From IMG/VR virus record IMGVR_UViG_3300009787_000007, positions 1 to 64,000 of that record: a stretch of DNA of 64,000 bases; one strand, written 5' to 3'. Each line of letters opens with the position of its first letter. The first letter of the stretch is position 1. Under the pieces are notes generated by a model. It did not search any database. It had not been told where the DNA came from and worked only from the letters and a program-made list of their open reading frames with translations. The position numbers and the translations under genes are program-made. Positions 48,498-59,295 of this stretch are shown piece after piece. The DNA comes from a virus (taxonomy: Duplodnaviria > Caudoviricetes).

Positions 48498-51400
48498 CTA
48501 TTTACTTACAGCAGCTAACAAAGCTTGAGATAGTTTATCTAAGCTAGTATTTACTTGTTTACCTACGAATACTTTTAAATCATTCTGAAAATTCTCATCA
48601 CTAGCAGCACTACTTGTCCCATTAACAGGAATAGTTATACTAATAGGTGCTTGTACACTAACTGTTCCATTAGCATTACCATTAGCGTTAAAACTACTAG
48701 CTAATTTATTTAATGAATTAGCATCACTAGGATTAACTAAATGAATTTGATTCTTTAATTTATCTAATCCTGCTTTATATTCAGGATCAGATAAGCTAGG
48801 TGACTTATAATCGTTATAATTAAAATCCTCTAAAGCTTTTTTAGTTCCATTTACATTATCTTTAATTAAGTCAAAGTTAGCTGGTAATAGATTACTACCT
48901 AAGATATTATTCTTTTTAGCCAAAGCATCTCTATCTAAGTTAGTATTTTTAGTATCTAATTCAGTAGGAACATAATTTAACTTCTGATCTATCAAATCGC
49001 TTTTAGCAGCATTTAGTCCTCTACTTTGTTGTATTTTCTGAGTTATATTAGCTATCGATTGTTGAACTAAATCACTAGAACTAAAATTAGTTTTTTCACC
49101 TTTTAAAGTACCTAAAACATCACCTAGTAAAGCTGTTTGAGTTAAAGCATTTTCATAACCTTGTTCTTCTAAACTAAGTTGAGCCTTTTGTAAAGTTAAA
49201 TCTAATATTTCTTTTTGAGCATCTGTAGTATTTTTAGCTTTAGCTAATTTAGTATCTTCATCTACTCCTTTTACATCTAATCTTTGTTGAAGTATATCAG
49301 TAATAGGACTGTTCTTACCTAAGAAACTAAAGAAAGATGATTGAAGATTAGCACCTGATTTATTACTAGCACTAGCTAAATCTCTCTGTCTTTGTTGAAA
49401 ATCAATACTATCTTTAGTAATACTTGACTCTTTAGTTAATATATCTATCTGTTCAGCTATAGTTGTACTTGATTCACTTAACTTAGCTGAGAATATAGAT
49501 AATTTATCATTAGCATCTTGTAAGCTATTTCTTTGATTAACTAAATCTTTAGTTATTCCTATTTCCTTTACAGTATCATTTCTAGTAGTAGTTAATTGTT
49601 TAATTTTATTAGGATCAACTCCAGTTTGTTTAGATACTTCTATTAATTGATCTAAGCCTTTTAATCTCTCATCTAATAAGTCAAACTGTTTATCTTTACT
49701 AATTCCTCTGGTTTCTATATCTGCACTAGCTTTAGCACTTACAGCTTGTGTATTTAGTTTAGCTGCATATGAACTATTAGGAGATATACTATTTAATACT
49801 GAACCTAATCCTGAACTAAATGAACCATAAGCATTAGCTACTTCAGATGAATTGTTAGAGAAAGCTTCTCTTTGAGCATATTTACTCTTTATACTTAATG
49901 TATCTTCTTGTAATTGAGTATATACTTTACCTATTGCAGTATTCTGATTAATACTATTTAAATCACTAGCTGCTTCACTTTTACCTAAATCTCTCTGTTT
50001 AATAGCTGTATTTCTACTATCACTAATTTTAGCTATAGTTTCTTTACTAGCTCCTGAATTAACTGCATCAGCTAGTAGTTTATCTAATCCTGTAACAGCT
50101 TTCTCTCTTAAATTCTGTGCATTACCTACTTGTTTTCTAGCTTCTTCTGCATCTTTATTTAACCTTTCATATGGTTTAGCAGCTTGGAAATTAATTAACT
50201 CTAATCCTGCTCCTGCTACTGAATTACCAAATATATCTGTTAATCCTGATATCTTACCTAGTGATTGAGCTAATAATTCTCCCTGTTTAATACTCTTTTC
50301 TCTAGCTGCATATTCATTTTCTATAGTTAAAGTTGATACCTTTATAGCTCCTTCATAATCAGCATTGAATAACTTTAATTCATTTAAAAACTTACTGTTA
50401 CTAGCATCCTGTTGTGCTGTAGTTAGTTTACTATTATTACTAGAATTAATATTATTACTGTTAATATTGCTAGAATTAGAATTACCTATTATACCTTTAA
50501 TATTATCTGAGTTATAATTAGCTACATCTCTATTTTGATTAACTTTATTAAAATTAATATTAGTTTTATTTATTGCATCATCATTATTACGATTAGCTAT
50601 ATTTAATTCTTTATTTCTATTTTGTCCAGCTTTTATATCTGAATCTAATTTACTTTGATCTCGATCATTAAGTATTTTACCTGCATTATCTACTGAACCT
50701 GCTGGTGTATAGAGATTTAATCCTGTAGCTAATTTAGTCAAAGGATTATCATAGTTTTCACCTAATCTATTTCTATTAATTAGATTAGTTATTTCTTTAC
50801 CATTATTTAACTTATTACCTGTAAACAGTAATGATTCAGTATCTTTATCTGGTATAGTAGCTTGATTTAGTTTATCTGCTTTATCTTTACCTAGTATTCT
50901 TTCTAAATCTTTTTGATTTTGAGGATTAGCTGAATTTCTAGATATATTTATTAAAGCATCAGTAATAGCAGCTTTATCATCTGCACCTTTCTGATTATCA
51001 TCAAATGTATAAGCATTATCACTAGAAATCTTCTTTTTACTTAAATATTCTTGATTAATACTATCTATTTTTTTCTTAGTATTATCTTGAATAGATTTAA
51101 TATTAGATTGTTGTTTATCAGATAAGTTAGTATCACCTAAATTAGATACTGTATTAGCATTATTTTTATCTCTAGTAACTTTATCTTGTAAAGATGTTAT
51201 GATAGCTTGTTTTTTAATTTCATCTTCTCTAGAGCTAATTTCTAAACCTTCTTTTTTAACAGCTACTTCTTTAATAGCTGCATCTAATTTAGCTTGAGAT
51301 AGAGACATAGAGAATAAATCAAACTTATTTTCTTGACTATATAAACCTAATTTAATTTGTTCTAAATTAAGTAATTCTTGTGCTACAGATAATGTTTGTT

Positions 51401-54400
51401 TTCTACCATCAAGTTCTGCTCTTATTTGAGCATCTGCATTTAAACTTAATCTTTTAGCTTCTAGTTCTTCTATTTGAGCTAATATTTCAGCTTGTCTAGC
51501 TAATGATGTAGCAGGATCAGCTAATTCTTTACTTAGATTAGTTGCTAGTTCATTTATATAAGTTAAATTAGATTGATATTTATCTAAAGCTATAGCAGTA
51601 GAATTACTACCTAAGTTACTAGCTGAATCTAATACAGCAGTTTTACTAGTCAAAGTATTTTGAGCATTTTTACTTATACCTTGAGTAATAGCAGCATTAG
51701 TAGTTGAAGCACCTTGTAATAGTTCAGGATTAGCTTTATATAATTTAGTTAAATTATCTTTACCTAGAGAGTTTTCTAATTGTTCTTTTAACTTAACTGC
51801 TGATTGAGGATCTAACTCTGCTTCTGCTTGAATACCTTTAAAAGTAGTGTCTAATTTATTCTTTAGATTATTAAAAGCTTCTGGTTTATCTAATACTCCA
51901 TTAATTCCATCTTTAAATAAATCTGTAACATCTTTAATTTGAGCCTTAACAGCTTCTTCTCTATCAGTAGATAATTGAATATTTAAAGGTATAGTAATAT
52001 CTAAACTTTGTAATCTTCTAACTGCATCTTTTAATTCTAATTGTTTAGTTTGTAATCCTAGTTGTTTCTTCTGTTCCTCACTAGTCTTTTCTAATGTAGT
52101 TAAATCAGTCTTTAATTGATTACCTTCTTCTTTATTACCATCACCTTTAGAATCGAAAGCAGCTATTTTCTGTCTTTGTAAAGCTATTCTTGCATCTATT
52201 TCTTCTATTCTATGTCTTTGTTCTGCTTCTAATGCACTCTTATCTTCTGAACTTAAATCTAATCCATTATTTAATTTATCTTCTGCTATCTTTCCTGCAT
52301 CAGTCTTAGCACCGAATACTCCTTTCTTAGAATTACTTAAATTCTCATCTATATCACTAGTTAGTTTACCTTGAGCATCATTTATTGTATCTTTAATTAC
52401 TCCATATACTTTAGTCTGTCCTGTTACACTTTTCCAAGCACCACCTAAAGCATTTACTATATCAATACTTTGATCTAAAGCTTCATTTACTCCTGTTACT
52501 TTACCAGCTAATGGATCTAAATCATCTACTATATCTGATATACCTTTAACATCTTTGAAGTCATTCAATGTATCTCTCATTGTCTGTAGTTCAGGTATTG
52601 TAGAATGATCTAATAACTGAGTTAATGAACTAAATACAGTAGTTACATAACTTATAGCTCCTCCTACTATACCTATAATAGCTGCACTTCCAGCAAACAT
52701 TAGTAACATTTCTTTACCTGTAGCTAATACAGCACTAAAAGCAGTCTTTAATCCAAAAGCACTGTTTTTAAACATATCAAAACCTCTAGCTGCTGTACTT
52801 ATACCTTGTCCTAGTTTTTGATTTGCTCCTTCACCTATTACTTTTTCTATTCCACTTTCTCTACCTTGAAAAAATGTATTAGCTCCAGCTAAATGTTCTG
52901 TAAAAGTTTTACCTGTAAACTTAGGTTTAACAGCTTCTTCTTCTACAGATTCAGCAGTTGTTATAGCACTATTAGCTTCTAATGCTGATCTTCTTCCACT
53001 TCTATCTACATAAGGTGCTTTATAAGCATCTTCTCTACTATAAGTTAAAGGTGTAGATGATGCTTCACCTTCACTATTACTTCCTACTTGACTTACTTCA
53101 GCATTTAATTCTTTTACTTTAGCAGCTATTCTAGCTATAGCTTCACTAAATCTATTTTCTATATTATCAGCAGCTAAACTAGCATTTCTTTTAACTGATT
53201 CCCATATAGTCTCATTTTCTTTCTTAAATCCAGTTAATAATCCTTTTTTACCTGTAGTAACACTACCATCATCATTAGTTTTATCTTTAGTACCAAATAG
53301 TGAATCCTTTACACCACCTAGTACACTTCCTACACCTTTAAATGCAGCAAAGAAACCTAATATTCCAGTAGCAGATAATAAAAATCCACCTATAGCTTTA
53401 GCTTTAGTTGCAATGCTAGTTAGAAAACCTACTGTTTCACCTGTAGTAGTAGCTGTTTTATCTGCAAATTCTTCAATTAATTTATTACCTTGAATTAAAC
53501 CTTGTAAAGCATCAGGTTTAAATCCTTTACCAAAATCTTCTATACTAGCTTGAGATTTATTAATACCTTCTTCATATGCACCAACTAATGTTTTAGCTCT
53601 ATTCTTAGCTTCACTAGATAAATTTTCTGTACTAGCATTTTTAATTCTATCTACAAATTGTCCATAATCATCACCTAATGATATTAATAACTTAACAGCA
53701 TCTTGAGCTTCTTTGGTAGAAAATAACTTTTGTATTACTGATGTATCACCACCTGTAGCTGATTTTAAATCATCAATTATACCTTTTAATCCTTTCTCTT
53801 TTAAACTAGAAGCATTTAATTGAATAGGTTTACCTGCACTATCTCTAAAGTTAGCTAAGTATTTATTAGCTTCTTCACTTCCTGATGCTATCTCATTGAA
53901 TAAAGCATTAATCTTTGTACTAGCTTCACTTGTAGTAACACCTTTTAATGTTAATCCAGCTAAAGCTGCTGTAACATCTTCAAAGTCTACTCCTAATGAC
54001 TTAGCTTGTACAGATAAACTACCTATTTCACCTGTTAATTGATCTAATGTTAATAATCCTACTTTAGTTGTAGTAAATAACTGTGCTGCTCTTTTCTCTG
54101 CTTGATCTGAACCTTCATCTAATGATTTTAATACTCTTACAATTGCATTAGTTGAACCTCCTACATTACCAAATCCGGCTTGAGATAAGTTAATAGATGC
54201 TTTACCTACATTATTAGTATCTTTCTGTTTAGTAAAACCTGCTGATGCTATATCATATTGAGTATTTAATAATGCTACTGAACCTACTGCAAAGTTAGTT
54301 TGTTTTTGTAACTCTCTCATTGATTCAATAGTTTTATCTATAGAATCTATACTCTGTTCATTACCTTGTACTGTAACTGTACTTAATCTATATGCAGCTT

Positions 54401-54893
54401 GTTCTACTTTTGCAAAAGCATTTATAGCTTTACCCGACCATTCAACTACATATTCAGTATTAAATACTGCATCAGCAGCTAATCCTATCTTCTTAAATAC
54501 ATCTGATGTTTTCTCTAAGTCAGCTATATTTTCAGATAACTCTTCACTACCTGATATGGCTTTAGCAAAAGTTAATCCTTCAGCTACACCACTAAATTCT
54601 CTAATAGCTTTCTTACCTTCTATAAAGATTTCTTTAGCTATATCTAAATTAGTAAATACTGCATATAAACTAGCACCAACTCCTACTAAACTACCTAGTG
54701 ATTTACCCATAGCAGCAATACTTTTATCTGCTTTCTCTGCTACTCCAACTATTCCTTTTAAATCACTATCTAATTCTTTAAATCCACTTAGACTTTTCTT
54801 AAAACTACCTAAATTATCTTTTAATCCATCAAATTCTTTATTTAAATCTAGGAAGAAACTACTTAATGTCTCATTATATACTTTAGCTGTCAT
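48498..54893 (-). CDS. tail tape measure protein (TP901-like core)
   Basis: 2131 aa, helical and A/K-rich; TP901-type core AFAKVEQ...QYDIASAGF...SQAGFG...LFTTTKVGLLT...GVDFEDVTAALAGLT.KG; follows the frameshifted chaperone. Confidence 0.92.
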   Translation of the reverse strand: MTAKVYNETLSSFFLDLNKEFDGLKDNLGSFKKSLSGFKELDSDLKGIVGVAEKADKSIAAMGKSLGSLVGVGASLYAVFTNLDIAKEIFIEGKKAIREFSGVAEGLTFAKAISGSEELSENIADLEKTSDVFKKIGLAADAVFNTEYVVEWSGKAINAFAKVEQAAYRLSTVTVQGNEQSIDSIDKTIESMRELQKQTNFAVGSVALLNTQYDIASAGFTKQKDTNNVGKASINLSQAGFGNVGGSTNAIVRVLKSLDEGSDQAEKRAAQLFTTTKVGLLTLDQLTGEIGSLSVQAKSLGVDFEDVTAALAGLTLKGVTTSEASTKINALFNEIASGSEEANKYLANFRDSAGKPIQLNASSLKEKGLKGIIDDLKSATGGDTSVIQKLFSTKEAQDAVKLLISLGDDYGQFVDRIKNASTENLSSEAKNRAKTLVGAYEEGINKSQASIEDFGKGFKPDALQGLIQGNKLIEEFADKTATTTGETVGFLTSIATKAKAIGGFLLSATGILGFFAAFKGVGSVLGGVKDSLFGTKDKTNDDGSVTTGKKGLLTGFKKENETIWESVKRNASLAADNIENRFSEAIARIAAKVKELNAEVSQVGSNSEGEASSTPLTYSREDAYKAPYVDRSGRRSALEANSAITTAESVEEEAVKPKFTGKTFTEHLAGANTFFQGRESGIEKVIGEGANQKLGQGISTAARGFDMFKNSAFGLKTAFSAVLATGKEMLLMFAGSAAIIGIVGGAISYVTTVFSSLTQLLDHSTIPELQTMRDTLNDFKDVKGISDIVDDLDPLAGKVTGVNEALDQSIDIVNALGGAWKSVTGQTKVYGVIKDTINDAQGKLTSDIDENLSNSKKGVFGAKTDAGKIAEDKLNNGLDLSSEDKSALEAEQRHRIEEIDARIALQRQKIAAFDSKGDGNKEEGNQLKTDLTTLEKTSEEQKKQLGLQTKQLELKDAVRRLQSLDITIPLNIQLSTDREEAVKAQIKDVTDLFKDGINGVLDKPEAFNNLKNKLDTTFKGIQAEAELDPQSAVKLKEQLENSLGKDNLTKLYKANPELLQGASTTNAAITQGISKNAQNTLTSKTAVLDSASNLGSNSTAIALDKYQSNLTYINELATNLSKELADPATSLARQAEILAQIEELEAKRLSLNADAQIRAELDGRKQTLSVAQELLNLEQIKLGLYSQENKFDLFSMSLSQAKLDAAIKEVAVKKEGLEISSREDEIKKQAIITSLQDKVTRDKNNANTVSNLGDTNLSDKQQSNIKSIQDNTKKKIDSINQEYLSKKKISSDNAYTFDDNQKGADDKAAITDALINISRNSANPQNQKDLERILGKDKADKLNQATIPDKDTESLLFTGNKLNNGKEITNLINRNRLGENYDNPLTKLATGLNLYTPAGSVDNAGKILNDRDQSKLDSDIKAGQNRNKELNIANRNNDDAINKTNINFNKVNQNRDVANYNSDNIKGIIGNSNSSNINSNNINSSNNSKLTTAQQDASNSKFLNELKLFNADYEGAIKVSTLTIENEYAAREKSIKQGELLAQSLGKISGLTDIFGNSVAGAGLELINFQAAKPYERLNKDAEEARKQVGNAQNLREKAVTGLDKLLADAVNSGASKETIAKISDSRNTAIKQRDLGKSEAASDLNSINQNTAIGKVYTQLQEDTLSIKSKYAQREAFSNNSSEVANAYGSFSSGLGSVLNSISPNSSYAAKLNTQAVSAKASADIETRGISKDKQFDLLDERLKGLDQLIEVSKQTGVDPNKIKQLTTTRNDTVKEIGITKDLVNQRNSLQDANDKLSIFSAKLSESSTTIAEQIDILTKESSITKDSIDFQQRQRDLASASNKSGANLQSSFFSFLGKNSPITDILQQRLDVKGVDEDTKLAKAKNTTDAQKEILDLTLQKAQLSLEEQGYENALTQTALLGDVLGTLKGEKTNFSSSDLVQQSIANITQKIQQSRGLNAAKSDLIDQKLNYVPTELDTKNTNLDRDALAKKNNILGSNLLPANFDLIKDNVNGTKKALEDFNYNDYKSPSLSDPEYKAGLDKLKNQIHLVNPSDANSLNKLASSFNANGNANGTVSVQAPISITIPVNGTSSAASDENFQNDLKVFVGKQVNTSLDKLSQALLAAVSK

Positions 54894-54924
54894 TTATATA
54901 CCTTCTATATAATCTATATAATCT

Positions 54925-55712
54925 CTATTTACCATATAGTAAATCAACTGATTTATCTTTAATTCTGAATAGATTAAACGGTTTATCTAGATGTAACCAG
55001 TTATATTTATTATAAGCTTTTCTATCTAAGAAGTTATTAAAGACATTATTTTCTATCTCCTGTATTTCATCTTCAGGATAAGCTTTATTATTACCATTAA
55101 TATCTATTAACTCTTTACAATCCCAATAATCTAAACTTTTATATAAATTTAATCCATTTTCAGGATATGCACATAATAAACAATTTAATAGTAATAAACT
55201 ACCTTTGAAATTATTCTCCTTTAATCTAGGATAATTTAATTCAGTTAATCTTTTTCTTTCTCTAACTTTTCTTTCTCTAACTTTCTCTTCTCTTGTAATG
55301 CTTGATTCGCTATCTTGTTGTATGGCAAAAAATGTAGTTGACTTACCTTTGATGCTGATACATCACTAATTTCTCTAGTATTATGGTCTAAAGCACTATT
55401 GAAGAATAAAGTAATTAATTGTTCCCAGTTATCCTCTATATCACTAAACTCTAAATGTTTTTGTTCAGTATTCTTACTAGAAATTATAGGTAATAATGAA
55501 CATGCAATAGTTAAATCACTTCTAATTTCTGGATCTGTAATTATTGAACCAAATGCTCCATCTAACTCAATATATTTATTGATTAACCTATCTTGAATTT
55601 CTAGTAGTTGATCCATATCAGCTAGTGCTGCTCTACCTATATCTACTACTGAACCGTTATCTAGAGTAACTTTTAATGTGTTATAACTTGGTTTTGATTT
55701 TACAATAGTCAT
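54925..55712 (-). CDS. tail assembly chaperone, long -1 frameshift product (lambda GT-like), about 262 aa
   Basis: Slippery heptamer T TTT TTG at 55332-55326 in the 155-aa ORF; the -1 frame is open without an ATG to a TAG at 54927-54925 (manual translation ...LLNCLLCAYPENG...DLLYGK*). Confidence 0.8.
55245..55712 (-). CDS. tail assembly chaperone, short form (lambda G-like)
   Basis: 155-aa ORF two positions upstream of the tape measure, carrying the slippery site. Confidence 0.75.
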   Translation of the reverse strand: MTIVKSKPSYNTLKVTLDNGSVVDIGRAALADMDQLLEIQDRLINKYIELDGAFGSIITDPEIRSDLTIACSLLPIISSKNTEQKHLEFSDIEDNWEQLITLFFNSALDHNTREISDVSASKVSQLHFLPYNKIANQALQEKRKLEKEKLEKEKD

Positions 55713-56076
55713 CGTATATTTCCTCTGTTCCTATATTTAATAGAATATTACCTTCCATAAAAGAATATTTACCTTTATATCCATACATATCTGTATTACT
55801 CTCAGTCTTAATTATATTCTCTACTAATACTGTTCCTAACTTATATTCAAAATCTAATAAGTAGAAAAATAACTGAAAGTAATTATCTATAATTAATATA
55901 GAATCATAATATGAATTAAACTTAAATTCTAATATGTTTTTAGTATTCTTAGTTTCATTCTCTATAGTACCATATATAGATAATGGTGCTGGAAATACAT
56001 AATCATTACTCTCTATATCTCTAGTAAATAAATTACTTACCGCTTTATACTTCTTTTCAAATATCTCTATAGTCAT
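55681..56076 (-). CDS. hypothetical tail-module protein
   Basis: 131 aa, overlaps the chaperone start. Confidence 0.6.
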   Translation of the reverse strand: MTIEIFEKKYKAVSNLFTRDIESNDYVFPAPLSIYGTIENETKNTKNILEFKFNSYYDSILIIDNYFQLFFYLLDFEYKLGTVLVENIIKTESNTDMYGYKGKYSFMEGNILLNIGTEEIYDDYCKIKTKL

Positions 56077-56111
56077 TATATTTTATATATTTATATATAT
56101 ATATATATATT

Positions 56112-56145
56112 AAAATATCTCTATTCATATAAGAATAGAGATATT
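56112..56145 (-). terminator. hairpin/intrinsic terminator after 56240..57100
   Basis: Perfect 13-bp stem AATATCTCTATTC/GAATAGAGATATT with a short U run on the minus strand. Confidence 0.55.
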
Positions 56146-56239
56146 ATAACATTCTACATACGTAGAACTCGTAGGTTAAACCTATATTTATTATATACTA
56201 TATGCTATACATTATCTACTATATGCTTTGCATTATCTC

Positions 56240-57100
56240 CTAACTAGGTGAAGGAACTCTAGCATTTAACAGGAATGAATCAATATTAACTGAGAATGTT
56301 CCTAATACACCATATGATAATGCTGTGACATCTACTCCATTAAATCCACTAATACTACCTAATGCTTTAGTGCCATCTAATGTAGCTGCTGATACACTGA
56401 ATGTAGCTTTACCACTAGTTGAACTACCAATAGGTACTAATGATAAACATCCAAACATACCATCTAATGCTCCTGGCAATACAGTTAATGTAGCAAAAGT
56501 AATTGTAGTAGCTATTGTAGTGCTAATATCGATTTGATTAGGATTACTAGTAGCTGTACTAGGTCTAACTGCTATTACTCTTATAGCTGGTGTAATAGTT
56601 AATGTTGCTATTCCATCTGCTGTACAAGCATTAGTTAAATAAATTCTTCTATTTGTATAATCTATTGTATTTACTTGTGTACTACTTGGAATACCTGTAC
56701 CACTAATTGCATCTCCTGATTGCATAGGTAAATTACTAGATGTATATGTATGAGGATAAACTATATAATTTAATCCACTAGAAGTATAACAACTAATAGT
56801 TGATGTACTAGGTGATGTTAATGAACCTGTAGTTACACTAGTAATTATATCTCCTACATATATACCTGAATCGAATACTCCTGCTGTACCTACGCTTGGA
56901 GCTAATGCTGTTATAGTGCTTGTACTAGCTACTCCATTTACATTAGCAATAGTAAAAGTTGGAGCAGCAATACCTGATAAGAAGAAAGGTAAATAATATA
57001 CATTGCTTATATCCTGTACACCTGTAGGATACATACTCATTGTATATGGTTCTTGTGTAACTGCTCTACCTCTTTCAATTACAACTGAAGTTAATGTCAT
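56240..57100 (-). CDS. abundant virion protein (major tail or collar/fibre candidate)
   Basis: 286 aa, T/S/G-rich; sits between neck genes and the chaperone and is followed by a terminator; contains an inserted GDAISGTGIPSSTQV...IYLTNA beta module. Confidence 0.45.
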   Translation of the reverse strand: MTLTSVVIERGRAVTQEPYTMSMYPTGVQDISNVYYLPFFLSGIAAPTFTIANVNGVASTSTITALAPSVGTAGVFDSGIYVGDIITSVTTGSLTSPSTSTISCYTSSGLNYIVYPHTYTSSNLPMQSGDAISGTGIPSSTQVNTIDYTNRRIYLTNACTADGIATLTITPAIRVIAVRPSTATSNPNQIDISTTIATTITFATLTVLPGALDGMFGCLSLVPIGSSTSGKATFSVSAATLDGTKALGSISGFNGVDVTALSYGVLGTFSVNIDSFLLNARVPSPS

Positions 57101-57201
57101 ATCTTTATATTATCTTTATTTTATACTTTTAATTAATTGAACTAATTTATATATTTTCTAACTATATTAATTTCTTAATCTATATACTTTATATTGTACT
57201 A

Positions 57202-57738
57202 CTAATCTGATTCTGCTGGTATTGAATATTCATAAGTATTTGTAATAGGACAAGTGTAAACATTAAATACTATATTAGTATATTTATAAACTAATTGATT
57301 AGGATCTATCATAGTTTCATATGTAGTTGTTACAGGTTTATCCCAATTAATTTGAAATAAATTACATAAATCAGCATTCTTTAATAACCTTTTAATCTCT
57401 TGAGCTACATAACTTGATACATAAGCTAACTTAGTTAATTGTGTATAAGCTAATACATAACTAACATTTATAGTTACATCTGAATATTGAGCAATGTTAT
57501 AATTATCTACTTCATTTAACTTATATACTTTTAATACTGGAAAATCTAAATTAGGAATAAATATATCGTTAAATGTTCTATATGTTGTAATTATATTTGT
57601 ACCTAAAGGTGTTAGAAAAGTTGTATTTACTTCATTAAATAAATAATTAGCTATAGTTAAACAATCATTATCTATGAAACTAAAATTACTATCATATATA
57701 GGTCTAGGTATTACTAAATCTTCATATATATCAGTCAT
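57202..57738 (-). CDS. tail terminator/completion-like protein
   Basis: 178 aa; DFPVLKVY and TINVSYVLAY pattern; positional support. Confidence 0.5.
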   Translation of the reverse strand: MTDIYEDLVIPRPIYDSNFSFIDNDCLTIANYLFNEVNTTFLTPLGTNIITTYRTFNDIFIPNLDFPVLKVYKLNEVDNYNIAQYSDVTINVSYVLAYTQLTKLAYVSSYVAQEIKRLLKNADLCNLFQINWDKPVTTTYETMIDPNQLVYKYTNIVFNVYTCPITNTYEYSIPAESD

Positions 57739-57968
57739 TAAACTACTATTCCTTTCTTATTTATTCTACTAATATTTGTTATAGGATTTCTATTAACTAA
57801 ACCATCTAAAGGTTTAGATTTATTTATAGCTGTAGCAACTAACTTATTATTTTCATCTATATGAATATCTTTAATCATATTAGGAAATAAATCATTAGCT
57901 TGTTTAGTTAGTGAATCAGCTACTAACTTTAATATATCTTTAATACTATCATCTTCTAAATTACTCAT
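57738..57968 (-). CDS. small hypothetical protein
   Basis: 76 aa; stop/start overlap at 57738. Confidence 0.55.
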   Translation of the reverse strand: MSNLEDDSIKDILKLVADSLTKQANDLFPNMIKDIHIDENNKLVATAINKSKPLDGLVNRNPITNISRINKKGIVV

Positions 57969-58015
57969 AATTATGTATGGTTATTTATATAACTTATATT
58001 GTTTATATTACTTAA

Positions 58016-58705
58016 CTAGAATAATGATTGAAAGAAATCTACATCAGCATGGTTAGGATAGATAGGTCTTAACCAAGGTCTAGTTCTTACACCTTTAAAT
58101 ACTGGTGGTTCATTAGGATCTGTAACTTGTTTTAAATCTCCTGCATTATAGAAACTAGGAGATACATTAGTATTCATTTTAAATAAATCTGTATCTGATA
58201 ATCCATCTCCATTAAAGTCATATCCTATTAGTGGTTTTAATACTTCTCCAGGTAAGATTAATGTTTTAACTATCTGTTGTTGTCTATTTTCATCGTTTTG
58301 TAAACTTTGAGATTGATTAGTAGCTCCTGGTACAAATATTCCTGTACCATCAAATAATACTTGAAATTCATTTAATGCTTGTTGTCTTAATACTGATGCG
58401 AAGTTACTTGTATTACTGTTATCTTCCATTTGACTAGGAAAATAACTACCATAAACATCTGCTACAATTAACTTCTCTGCAATATTAGATATATAAGGAT
58501 GACTATTTTGTAAAGGAAATACATATAACATACTAAGATATATAGTAATCATTTCCTCTATAGGTTCACCAACTATGAATATTAAATCAGTTCCAACTTG
58601 TGTTCCTGTTACACCAGTAATTCCATAATCATTTATATTTACTACTGTAATTCTTCCAGCTAATCTTTTTATAATTGCATCTAATCTAGCATATTGAAAT
58701 TCCAT
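58016..58705 (-). CDS. head-tail adaptor (Mu gp36/DUF1320-like)
   Basis: YARLDAIIKRL...IYLSMLYVFPL...HPYISNIAEKLIVADVY...LRQQAL pattern. Confidence 0.7.
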   Translation of the reverse strand: MEFQYARLDAIIKRLAGRITVVNINDYGITGVTGTQVGTDLIFIVGEPIEEMITIYLSMLYVFPLQNSHPYISNIAEKLIVADVYGSYFPSQMEDNSNTSNFASVLRQQALNEFQVLFDGTGIFVPGATNQSQSLQNDENRQQQIVKTLILPGEVLKPLIGYDFNGDGLSDTDLFKMNTNVSPSFYNAGDLKQVTDPNEPPVFKGVRTRPWLRPIYPNHADVDFFQSLF

Positions 58706-58710
58706 ATTAC

Positions 58711-59283
58711 TTATCTCCCACTAAGATATTTTCCCCATGCTCTGGCTTCTGCTGAACTAGCTAAGAATGTTCTATATCCTGTTCTTACTTGTCTAGTATT
58801 AGCTCTAATTTCATCTGCATTAGTTAAATCTTCTTCTCTCTTTTTCTTATTATATAAAACACTGAACTGTTCAGGTGTTAATTGCGCTTTTTCTGAATCT
58901 AGTAAATCATCTAAATTTAACTTTCTATTAAATATAAATGGTTTTACATTATTATTATTATTAGGTTTAGTTATAGTTTCTTTAACTTCTTCTATATCAC
59001 CATTAGTTGATGTTCCATTACTTTTTTCAGGTAATATTTTAACTTGTTTTCTATCTAATAATCCAGTTGGTTCTATCTTTACTTCATCTTCTATATCATC
59101 ACTAAAATTAGCTATATCACACATATACATGAAACTAACTTTAGGTATACCTATTCTTTTAGTTCCCATAGCTCTAAATTCCTCATTGATTTTACCACCA
59201 AATGGTATTCTATTAATCTTTCTTCTTTTACCTCCAGGTGAATAATTCCTCCAATTCTGAGGTAATTGATTTACTATATTCAT
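58711..59283 (-). CDS. hypothetical head/neck-module protein
   Basis: 190 aa; basic N-terminus, acidic middle. Confidence 0.6.
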   Translation of the reverse strand: MNIVNQLPQNWRNYSPGGKRRKINRIPFGGKINEEFRAMGTKRIGIPKVSFMYMCDIANFSDDIEDEVKIEPTGLLDRKQVKILPEKSNGTSTNGDIEEVKETITKPNNNNNVKPFIFNRKLNLDDLLDSEKAQLTPEQFSVLYNKKKREEDLTNADEIRANTRQVRTGYRTFLASSAEARAWGKYLSGR

Positions 59284-59295
59284 AGTTCAATCCTA

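Noticed and set aside
56152-56167. TTCTAC-ATAC-GTAGAA hairpin sharing TACGTAG with the 29543 element as a common operator
   Set aside because: Only two short instances, which is not enough to distinguish from chance.
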